Below, piece by piece: positions 9,445-19,857 of a DNA stretch of 60,084 bases. Position 1 is the first letter of the stretch, and each line of letters starts with the position of its first letter. Below the pieces are notes generated by a model. That model was not told where the DNA came from. It ran no database searches and saw only the letters and a list, made by a program, of their open reading frames with translations. This DNA comes from Chrysochromulina tobinii (lineage: Eukaryota): NCBI GenBank assembly GCA_001275005.1, contig JWZX01003344.1, positions 1 to 60,084 on the forward strand, in the 5' to 3' direction. The position numbers and the translations under genes were made by a program.

Positions 9445-12400
9445 ATGGGCATCGCGCTCGCCATTGAAATGATCGCAGCAAACGAAAACGGTCAGGATGC
9501 GCTGTGTAAATGCAATGCACCGCCGCTGCTCTTGGCCGCGGCGTCGCAAGCTTCGAACTCGGCAGCTGCGAGATGCTTGGCGTCTTCATTAGGTCACTTG
9601 GCGGCGCATGCCAGTGCACGGGCGGAGCTCGCAAGCCTCGAGCAGCGTGCCGCCAGCGACGACAAGGCGCTGGAGCTCTATGCCATGGCCGGGTTGACCG
9701 CTCGTGGCTTCTTTGCAATGAGGGGGAGCGTGATGCAGCTGTTACAATCGCTGTCGGCGCGTTCGCTGTCTCAAGGCGCGCTGTTGCTCATACAAGCTGT
9801 TGCAATCTCAGGCTCCCCAGAGCAAAAGTATCAACTGATCACGAGCGGCAGCACATTCGAGATGCTCGTCCAAAGCGTCGAGGGCGATGTGACCGGCTGG
9901 GCATGGTGCGCCCTCTCGGAGCTCGTCAGCTCAGACCAGGGCCGTAAGCGCGCGCTCCAACTCGAGCTGCCTCGCCGACTGCCCGCGGCGCTCAAGAGCA
10001 ACTTCAAGGTGGCGTACCAAGCGCTCGTGGTCATAGACAGGCTCTCAGTGAAAGGCTCCAAAGCTGCCGCGGTGGTGCTGGCCACTGATGGGGTGATCTC
10101 CGAGCTCACCCGGCTGATTGCTGCGAACAGTGAGCATTATGAGGCACGATACATTGCCAACGCAGCGGCGAACACGATCAAGAACGTGGTGGGGAGCGCG
10201 CCAGTGTCATACGAACTGACGCCACTCTCCGAATGGAGCCTCGCCATGCAAGCGGCGAGCGTGCTCGAGCGCGCAGCGGTCGAGGCGCTCGAGCCGACGT
10301 TGAAGCTGCTGTCTCTGCCTAAAGTTGCGGATGCGAGTACAGATCATTTGGCTTCCCTTGCGTCCGTGCTTGCGAGGAGCGCTCACGGCTGCAGCTTGGC
10401 GCGCATCGCGCTCGGAAACGTGCTGCAGACGGACGTCACGGTAACCACCTCTGGGCTGCAGGACGCCTTTCTGCTTCGAAACCGTCTGCTCTCGGCATGC
10501 TACGACAATGGGCTGTGGGAGCCGGCGCGCGACTTGGGTGTCGAGCTCATGGCGGTGCTAGAGTTGGGGCAACGCGAGCCGGAGAGGTGCAGCGCGGCTC
10601 TCATTGTGCTTCACAGCTTACCCGACTTTGAGAGTTCTGTTGCGCCTGCTTTGATGAGTAAAGGCTCGGCCGTGCACGTGCTTGTGGGACTGCTGGACCC
10701 CACCAGTCTCGATATTGCGCACTTTGCGCTCCGTGCACTCTGTGTGGTGGCAAAGCTGCCTGGAGGGTACACGGCACTCGCAGATGCCGGTGCTCTCCAA
10801 GCGGCGGTGCAGCTCCTTCGCGAGAGGATGAGTTCGAGCTGGAATTGCGCGGACTTGCTGAGCGCCATCCTGAGCGCTGCGGACAGCGCGGGCGGCGACG
10901 AGCGGCGGCGCGTCGCTGATGCGGTCGTCGCCCTTGGCGCGGTGCCGATGCTCCAGGCCCAGGTCATGAACGACCCGCTCCTCCGGCGCTCGACCACCGC
11001 CGACTGCTGCACGCTGCTCACGCACCTCGCGCGGACCGACGCGGGGGCGCAGGCGCTCAAGGCGCTGATCGACGCGCGCGCCGTGTGCGCGGTGCGCGCT
11101 GTGGTGGCGACGACGAGCCACGCGCGCGCGGCGGCGATGGGGACGGGCAGGCTGATGGGGGCGGTGCACTCGTGGCTCAAGGCGCTCCACAGCATGGCGC
11201 CAGCGGAGCGCGAGGCGACGCTTGGGCTGGTGAGCGACCTCGCCGCGGCGCGCGACGTGTCGACGGAGATGCACGTGCTGCCTCTGGTGCCGCTGATCGT
11301 GCCGGTGGTGCAGTCGATGATCGACGGCGGCGTGTCGGCGCGCGACGTGTTTGCCGTCGCGGTGGTGAAGCTGCTTGCATCTCTGAGCGCCGAGCAGGCG
11401 GGGCTACGGGCGGTGCACGGCGCGGGCGTGCTGCCGCTGCTGCTGCCGCTGATGCGCGCGGGGTCGGCGGCGGGCGAGGGCGCGTACCTGAGCGAGGGCG
11501 GCACGCTGCTCAAGCGCGCGCTGGCCGACGCGGAGGCGCGACCGGCGGGCGTGCGCGTGGTGGAGGCGGTGGTGGGGATGCTGCCGGCGGCGGAGGGCGC
11601 AGGCGTCGATCCCTTTGACGCCGCGGAGGCGCGGCTCGCGATGCGCGCGCTGAAGCCGATCGTCCCGTTCCAAGCTGCGGATGCGGTGTCCGCGATGCCG
11701 TCGCTGGTGGCCGTGCGTGAAGCGGGTGGCGTCGCGCGAACGTTGGCGGCGCTGCGTGGCGACGAGTGGGCGCTGACGCGCTCGCTGGTTCGTCCGGCAG
11801 TTTTTTGTTTTTGCGGGCTGCTCAACGAGCCGGACGGCATGGCGGTCGCGCACGGCCTCGGCGCGCTCCGCACCCTCGTCGACGCCCTCGAGCGGTGCCC
11901 CGACGTGAGGATACACGCCTTCCTCGTGCCGCTCCAGTTATATGTCATCGCACCCGTCCACGCCTACCGCGACGCGATCCTCGACGCCGGCCTCCTGCCC
12001 CGCCTGGCCGCCTTTCTCGAGCCGGGGCCGTCGCACCCCGGCTTCTTCATCTCGACCGCCATCGTGGAGCTCCTCGTCTCCTACGGCGCGCCCGCCCACC
12101 GCGAGGCCGTCCGCTCGAGCGCCGCGCTCGCCGCCATCCTCCGCTGGCGCGCGAGCGGCCGTCTGGCCTCGAGCGCCAATGCTGCTGACCTGATCTCGCG
12201 CTCCTCGACCTTGGTCGGCTGGTTCGCCACCGACCCGGCGGCGCGCTCCATTTTGCGCCGCGCCGTCGACGAGCTGGGCGAAGACGCCGGAACAAAGGAC
12301 GAGGCCGCGCTCAAGCTGCTCACGAGTGCGAGCGCCTTGCCCGAGGGGGCGGCGGTCGCCGTGGACGAGGGCGTCGTGCCCGCAATCATCAAACTGCTCG

Positions 12401-15400
12401 AGTCGGATGCACGGAGCGCCCGACACGCCGAGGCGGCGGAGTGCTTGGAAGTCCTCGCGCGCATGCTCCCGAAGCGCACGGCTCCCGCTGCGGCGGTGTG
12501 CGTCCAGAAGATCAACGAGGCGCTCGACGCGCGCGACGCGAGTGTGCTCGCGCTGCGCTGTGCGCGCGCGCTCGGGTACCTTGCCGAGGCCTCCTCCAAG
12601 GCTCGCGCCGTGATCCGCACACTCGTCGCGCGCATCTTCGAAGAGGCCGACGGCGGCCGCGAGACCCACGCGATCGCGACGCTACAGCTGCTCGGCGTCA
12701 CGTGCGAGTCGCCCGATGGCGCGCGCGTCGCATTCAAGGCGGGCGTGGTCGCCGAGGCGGTGCAGGCGCTGAGCGGCGCGCGCGACACCCAGCTGCGCGC
12801 AAAGGCCCTGGAGGTCCTCACCTCGGTCGCGAATAACAACGAGGCGGCGCGAGCGTCCATGCGCGACGGCAACCTCATCGACACCCTCGTGCGGCTCCTC
12901 CACCGCTCGTGGGCCGTGCCGTCCGCAGCGGATGCGGTCGGCGTGGCCGGCCCGTCCGACGCTGCGGCGAGCCGCGACGCTGCCGCGGCCGCGCCGCACT
13001 CGGCATTCAAGTACAGCGCCTACCTCTCGCACGACGGCGCCCGCGACGAGCTCAAGCGCAACCACGTGGAGCGCGTCAGGGCTGTCCAGGCGGCCCTCGC
13101 CAAGGCGGGCCTGGCGCCGTGCCTCGTCGATGCGGAGCAGAGCGCCGATGACGTGAGCCGGCCGGTGGCCGACGGCATCGCGCAGTCGGCGTGCGTGGTC
13201 GTCTTCCTGACCGAGTCGTACATGAAAAAGGCCGCCGGGCTGGGCAGCAAGGGCGACGACGACAATGCGCGCTTCGAGTTCAACCTGGCGTGCAGCCCGC
13301 TCAAGGGGGTCGCCAAGATCATTCCGGTGGTCATGGAGCCGCAGTGCCTCGCGCAGACGGCGTGGCAGCCGCTCTTCCTTGGCAAGCTGGGCGGCAAGGA
13401 GTACATTGACCTGGCCCGCGACAATGACGAAGCCGCCAGCGGCGAGAAGCACTTTGATGCCGGCGTGGGCCGCCTGATCGCGTCGATCAAGGCGATGCCG
13501 GGCAGCCTCGTTGGGGGAGGGGCGGCGGCGGCGCCGGCGGCGCAGGGGGGATCGTCGTCCGCACCGGCCACCATCGCACCCGCGGACGCGGCCGACGACC
13601 TGGACCGCGACGTGAGCGTGGGCAAGTTGGCGCTGGCGCTCTTGCACACGCTCTCGCGGGGCGACGCGCTGCGCCAAGCCATCCAGGCCGCCAAGCCGCT
13701 CGACGCGCTGCAGTACATCATCGAGCACGATGCGGCACAGCGCGCCGACGCGCTCCTGATCGTGAGCAACGTCTACTCCGAGGTGCTGAGCCAGACGGTG
13801 GACAAGCGCCACGGCGCGGCCATGGCGCAGCACGAGTACGTGCGCTCCCTGCTGCACGACACTCGCATCGAGGACCATCTCGCACCGCGCCTCGCCGAGG
13901 GCGTCAAGGACCTCGTGATTGGCAGCGGGCCGTCGAATGCGCGCATCGCCGCGACCGCCGTGCGAAATCTGGCGGCCGAGTCGGTGCTGCGCCCACGCCT
14001 CGTGCACAAGGGCGTGGGCAGCAGCCTCGCACGCATGCTCGTCGAGGGGCCGCTGGCCCCGCACCCCACGTCGGACGCCGACCTCGTCCTGGCCGCCGAG
14101 GCGCTGCAGCGCTGCGCGCTCGCCATCACGGGCGCGGCGGAGGAGACGGATCGCATGCGGAAGCGGCTCGTCGCGGACGGAGCCGAGGCCGCGCTCACCT
14201 CCGCCGCCGAGCTGCACGAGAACGAGGATGCCGACACGGAGAGCGTCCAGCGGCGTCGGCAGGCGGCCAGCTACGCCCTCGACGCGCTCCACGGCAAGCT
14301 GGATGTGCAGAGCCTCCCTGGCAAAGGACACGCCCAGCGCACGCTCAAGCGGCAGCTCTCGACCCTGGGCACCGACTACAGCAAGTGGGACGACCGCCAG
14401 CTTCTCAGCATCCCGCGCTACAATACGTTCATCTCGCACAAGCGCTCGTCGGCGCAGGACTTTGCCCGAGGGCTGCACTCGCTCATCGTGCACCACGGCC
14501 ACTCGTGCTTCATCGACGTCGAGAACCTCGAGTCACTGAGCGACCTGCCGATGGTGGTCGCGGGCTGCGACGTGTTCATCATGGTGAGCACGCTGCGCTG
14601 CCGCCGCCCTCCTCATGCATCGGGATCTGATTGGCTCCCGGCCTTCTCCGCATGCATTGGGATCTGATTGGCTCCCTGCCATCTCCGCATGCATCGTGAT
14701 CTGATCGGCTCCCTGCCATCTCTGCATGCATTGGGATCTGATCAGCTCCCTTTCATCTCCGCATGCATCGTGATCTGATCGGCTCCCTGCCATCTCTGCA
14801 TGCATTGGGATCTGATCGGCTCCCTTTCATCTCCGCATGCATTAGGATCTGATCGGCTCCCGGCCATCTCCGCATGTCCTCTCACACGCCCCCCTGCCCT
14901 GAGCACGCGCGCACCCCGCTCCGCGCAGGTCCTGAGCGACGGCGTCTTCGAGTCCAAGTTCTGCATGCAAGAGCTTGCGAGCGCCGTCAACGCTGGCGTC
15001 GAGATCGTCCTCATCACCAAGGAAGGCTCTCGCTGGCCCAACCGGAACGGCGACATGGTCGAGGTCTTCCCGCCGCCCGAGCTCATCGAGGCGCTCGAGC
15101 CGCCCGAGTGCCGCGCCGCGTTTGCGCGCCGCGCGATCACGCACACGAACGAGTACTACGCCGCCTTCAGCCACAACCTCATGCAGACCGTGGACAAGCT
15201 GATCAAGGAGCACCGCCAACAGCACGGCAACCCGCCAGAGGGGCAGGACACCCCCGACCGGCTCGTCTTGACGCAGCGACGGCAGCTGCTCCTGGCGCGC
15301 AGCCAGAGCGCCAACCGCAGCAAGGGCTCCTCCGCCACGGCCGCGGTCGCCGTCGTGGAGTCCGCCACCACGTCGCCCGTCAGCCTCGTGGACGCCGAGC

Positions 15401-16949
15401 GGCTAGAGGAGGCCATCGACGAAGTGGGCGACGACCCGAAGCTCGACCCGCGCGTGGTCGCGGCGGCGAAGCGGAAGCTGGAGCGCGCGCGCGTGCAGAG
15501 CAAGTGCACGCTCACGGAGAAGCTCGCCGCGGCGCGCGCGGGCAAGGCGTGCGAGTTTCAGTTCATGCGCGCCAAAGTCCTCCTTGAACGCGACTACAAA
15601 TCCGCGCCCATGCACAAGAGCGTTGAGGATGACTCGGAGCTGTACACAATGCTCTATCTCTCGTCGGCCGAGTGCTGCCAGCACATGTTCCGCGATAAGG
15701 TCCTCGCCGTGTCGCATCGATGGGACCGGAAAGAAGAGCCCGACCCGACGGGCGCTCAGATGAAGGCCAGCAAGCGCATGCTGCGTGCCAACCCCCAATA
15801 CGAGTACGTGTGGCTGGTACGTCGCAGAGCCCTCTTTTGCACATGCTCCTGCGGGTGCCCCCTCCCAATGGACCATTCCACTCTCAAGCATGAATGCATG
15901 AGCTGATTGCGTATCTTTCTCCCCGCGCGTATGGGTGCGATCCGCAGGACTACAGTTGCGCGCCGCAGGGCGAGCGCACGCCGCAGCAGCAAGAGATCTT
16001 CAGCCTCACGCTCGCGAACATCAACTTCCTCTTCCTTGGGGCTTCGGTGCTCATCCTGCTCGATATGTCGTACATGTCGCGCTTTTGGTGAGAGCGAGCC
16101 GCTGCACCGCGTCGTGCGATCGCGCTCCTCCGACTGCTGCTGTGGACGCGGCGCTGAGTTGTTGTGTTCGCATGCTCCGCTGTGGTTGGCAGGACCCAGT
16201 TCGAGGCCTGGATGGCGTTCCAGGAGATTGATTCCCACGGCGTGCTGCGATGCGCTCCGGAGGCTAACCGTCGGTGCACGATTGAGTGCATCCACAACGC
16301 CAACGAGTACACCAAGCTGGGGCTGATCGACATGTGGTCCAACAAGACGCCAGAGGAGGCGTACACCATCCTGAAGAGCGAGGACGTGTCCGTCACCAAC
16401 AAGAAGGACAAGGAGCTGCAGCTGCCCATCATCCAGAAATTCAAGGAGAGCGTGCAGACGACTTGGCGGGCGGCGGTCGAGAGTGGCGAGATGGAGGCCG
16501 TCCTGAGCCCCTCCCGAAGGCCGAGCTTCAAGGCCGAAACCGAGACGGCGCTCGGCGAGCCGGCGAGCCCTTCGGTCAAGGGTGTCTTGGCGAGGCCCCA
16601 GCTCGCACCGTCGCCGTCAGTCTCGACTGTGCGTTTTGAGGCGGATTCGTCCACTGGGCAGGGCGCCATGCTCATGAAAGCGTTTGATACCATCCACCAG
16701 CAAGGAAATACCATTGAGCAACTGAGCCAGCAGCTGGCACAGGCCAACGCGGAGGTGCTTCAGGCGAACAAGGAGGTGCTTCAGGCGAACAAGGAGGTGA
16801 TGCGGCTGTCGCAGGCGCACACGGACGCAACCTCTAGGGCACACACGGAATTTGCGAATGCCGTGAGCAAGCAGGCGGAGCTCCATGTGCAGTTGCTTGC
16901 CGAACAATCAAGGGAGCGCAAGAAGGATGGGCACGGTCCGGGCCGGTGA
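9445..16949 (+). CDS. Giant ARM-repeat / TIR / ARM / TIR / HET-like / coiled-coil protein (~2307 aa); exons 9445-14583, 14929-15816, 15948-16087, 16193-16949; 5' end uncertain
   Basis: Three GT-AG introns join separate ORFs in frame (6924 nt in total) and rebuild motifs across the junctions: CDVFIM|VLSDGVFESKFCMQEL (TIR), YVWL|DYSCAPQ and SRFW|TQFE (HET-like). The Ala/Leu-rich helical repeats with GxV/LPxL patterns are ARM-like. Confidence 0.8.
14616..14876 (+). repeat. ~36-nt minisatellite (GCATGCATTGGGATCTGATCGGCTCCCTGCCATCTCC-like, about 7 copies) inside intron 14584-14928
   Basis: Directly visible tandem copies between the donor and acceptor of the intron that splits the second TIR. Confidence 0.9.
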
Positions 16950-17113
16950 AGTCTAAAGACTGTGCTGTACGACGCTCTACGGCTTTACGTACAATCGTCA
17001 CCTAGTTGTGTGTCCGCGCTCGATCCAGTTTCAGTGTTAACGTTCACAGAGTCGTGTTCACGTTCACACGCGCGTCCGCGAAGGCCGCGTCTCGCCCGGA
17101 GTTCTGCGGGAGC

Positions 17114-17169
17114 ATGCCGACGAACAAGAAGGTCAAGAGCGACAAGCCGAAGCGCGAGAAGGCGAAGGC

Positions 17170-17205
<36 letters not shown>

Positions 17206-17896
17206 TCAGGAGGAGGAGGAGGAGGTCGAATCGGAGGCGAAGCGGATTAAGCGCGAGAAAGGAAAGCGGTCCTTTCTGATGATGATTCGCCAGCTACTCG
17301 CGCTCGTGACATTCGGAATGGTGCTCTCGAAGCAGCCGTTCATGGTACGGCCGCGGGAGTCTGGCAAAAACGCCTTCAAGATGAAGCCGCTCGACGTGGC
17401 CATTGCGGGCGCCGTCCACTGGGCCGCCACATCTCCGATGGTGCTCAAGAATCCCAAGTATGCAGAGTATATCAACATGACCGCGCGCGCGCTGCTCACG
17501 CCGCACGAGTACGTGAGCGCGCAGCAGTCGAAGCGCGCCATGCCCGCCGAACAGACGATCAACGGCGCGTACAAGAAGACGGAAAAGGTGTTCCAGCGCA
17601 CCGTCGACAAGGACACGAACGTGCTCGAGATGCTGAAGCTGCCACTGATGGCGCCGAACATGGTGCTGCTCGGCTCGTACGTGCTCATCCTGGGCTCGAT
17701 CCTGAGCGTGCTCAGCGGCAGCATCTTCGAGTACGTCGTCATCACCGGCTGCGTACTCGTGCTCCAGGGCTCACGCCCCTTTGGTATGGAGCCTCAGCCG
17801 GAGCTGTACGTCGCAGGCGGCGCGGCGGTGCTCGGTCTGCTTGCCATGGAGGCCAGCGCGCCCAAAGCCGAGCCCAAGAAGAGGAAGAAGAAGTGA
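17114..17896 (+). CDS. Hypothetical multi-pass membrane protein with acidic N-terminus and basic C-terminal tail
   Basis: 260-aa ORF with strong GC3 bias, poly-D/E tract, several hydrophobic helices and a C-terminal PKKRKKK. Confidence 0.7.
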
Positions 17897-18334
17897 GGGC
17901 TAACCTGAGGCGCCGTAGGCGATCGCTGCGCGCATGCCGCGCATGGCATGGCGAGACGAGAGCGCTCTCGTGTCTCGTCCTACGGCTCTCGCTCCAGCGT
18001 CCAGCCTGCTCCCATCGCGGGGTAGGCGTGAGCTGACGTTGAGTGTGAGAGCTTTATAATCTTGACCACGCTCTACCTCTCTACTACGGCCCGTGTGGGC
18101 TGGTAACAAATAACACGTCGAACGAGAGTCGAGACATGGTCCGCGCGAACGCGTCGCCCCATGCGGCCCACCTACACGACCGTCGTCGGTGTACTAACGA
18201 AACTCACTCTTCAGACTTCACTCCCTCGTCCCTCCATATCGTATGACGTATCCTCGCTGGAACACTTGCCTGAGAGCAGGCCCTGACGTGAGTGCTGAGC
18301 AGCCGAGTACGCGCTTGTCCGTGACTATGTCTGA

Positions 18335-19648
18335 TCATCCGCCGGCCACATCGTGCATCCACGCTACTCGAATGCTGTCACCTGCGACGGCCTGCATGGC
18401 GACGATGGCGCGTGGGTCGTCGACGAGGCTGCGCGCAAAGGGTGGTACCGCGGCCTCGGGGCACCGAACCGCGTGCTGTCTGTGCAAATAGGCGCGGATT
18501 GAGTGCGCCTCAAACTCGTCCGTGTTGGCCGAGGTGCCCGCCCGTTCGAGCATCACGCCAATCGCGACGAGGGGCTCCGCCACAGATGCTGCGGACTGTG
18601 AAGACGCTGACTGTGAAGACGCTGACTGTGAAGACGCCAACGCTTCGCCCTGTGAAGTCGCTGACGCTTCGCCTTGTGAAGACGCTGACTGTGAAGACGC
18701 TGACGCTTCGCCCTGTGAAGACGCTGACGCTTCGCCTTGTGAAGACGCTGACGCTTTTGACGCTTCGCCATGCGGCGGTGGCGCCGCCGCGGCCGCTGCG
18801 GCCCGCAGGTGCAGAGGCGGCTGCTGGGCCACATACGGGCTTGAGAGCAGCGCCTCGAGCGGCACGCGCGGCATAGAGGCCAAATCGGCGCACACGATGT
18901 CGTCGCTCTCTCCGACTCCGCACCACACCTTCATCCCGGCGTTGGCGCGTGGCTCACCGGCATAGGTGCCCGTCGACATGGGCGGCGGCAACGCCAGCCG
19001 GTCGGCAGCCTCGCCGGCGACCAAGAAGACGGTCGCGCGCACAGCCGTGCCGGCGATAGCGGTGAGCGGCGCGGCTGGGTCAGGTGCCACCTCTTTGAGC
19101 CCGATCGAGACTTGGCCAATCATAGGCGTGGCGGTGACGCGTAGCCGGAGGCCGAAGGCGCTGATGGGCGATGATTCAAGCGAGCCACGCTCGCGCGTGC
19201 AGTCGGAGAGCTCGAGCTCGGTCCGTGGCTGCCTGAGCTTTCGCAGCTGCGATGGTGCAAATGCGGTCACTACAAACATCGCATCCTCGGGCGACTCGCA
19301 TGTGCCAACGTCGCCGCACCAGCATTGCACCTGATTAGCCTGCAGCCACGCGTTGATGCCCGGTTGTGGCCCGATTTGCATGTACACAGAGTCGTCTGGG
19401 TCTGCACAGCGCGTGATTATGATGCGATCCGTCTGCACCAGCACTCGCATAGCATCTGCAGCTTCCAGCTCTGCCGCAGCAGCCTGCATGTTGGCACGTA
19501 TCTTGGTTGCCTTGAGCTCCTTGCATTCGCTCTTATGCTGCTTCCACCCGGCTTGTTGGCACTTGGCATTGCAGTACCAGACCGACTGGCATGCGCCACA
19601 TCTGAGCAACTTCTCAGCTTCGGCAGCGCAAGCAGCGCAAGTCGGCAT
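18335..19648 (-). CDS. MYND-type zinc finger protein
   Basis: N-terminal CAAC...LLRCGACQSVWYCNAKCQQAGWKQHKSEC fits the zf-MYND consensus. Confidence 0.85.
   Translation of the reverse strand: MPTCAACAAEAEKLLRCGACQSVWYCNAKCQQAGWKQHKSECKELKATKIRANMQAAAAELEAADAMRVLVQTDRIIITRCADPDDSVYMQIGPQPGINAWLQANQVQCWCGDVGTCESPEDAMFVVTAFAPSQLRKLRQPRTELELSDCTRERGSLESSPISAFGLRLRVTATPMIGQVSIGLKEVAPDPAAPLTAIAGTAVRATVFLVAGEAADRLALPPPMSTGTYAGEPRANAGMKVWCGVGESDDIVCADLASMPRVPLEALLSSPYVAQQPPLHLRAAAAAAAPPPHGEASKASASSQGEASASSQGEASASSQSASSQGEASATSQGEALASSQSASSQSASSQSAASVAEPLVAIGVMLERAGTSANTDEFEAHSIRAYLHRQHAVRCPEAAVPPFARSLVDDPRAIVAMQAVAGDSIRVAWMHDVAGG
18595..18770 (-). repeat. Coding minisatellite (SSQSA / SSQGEASA units) in the MYND gene
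   Basis: Repeated TGTGAAGACGCTGAC units of 15 and 24 nt. Confidence 0.85.
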
Positions 19649-19857
19649 CACTAGCAGGCGCGACGTCAAGTTTCTAAATGAGAATACAGTCGACTGTATC
19701 ATCCGCTTTGACCGGAACGCGTGTTGGTGGATAGCAGAGGCCACGCTCATCGAGGTGCGCGAAAATTCGCGCTGTGTCGGCTTTGCGCCAACCGCGTTGT
19801 GTGTTTCACAGCAGCAGCACCGCGAACTGGGCAGGAGCCGCGAACTGGGCTATCCTA

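Noticed and set aside
14616..14876. ~36-nt repeats of CRISPR-like length next to a TIR domain
   Set aside because: This is a contiguous minisatellite without spacers, inside a GT-AG intron.
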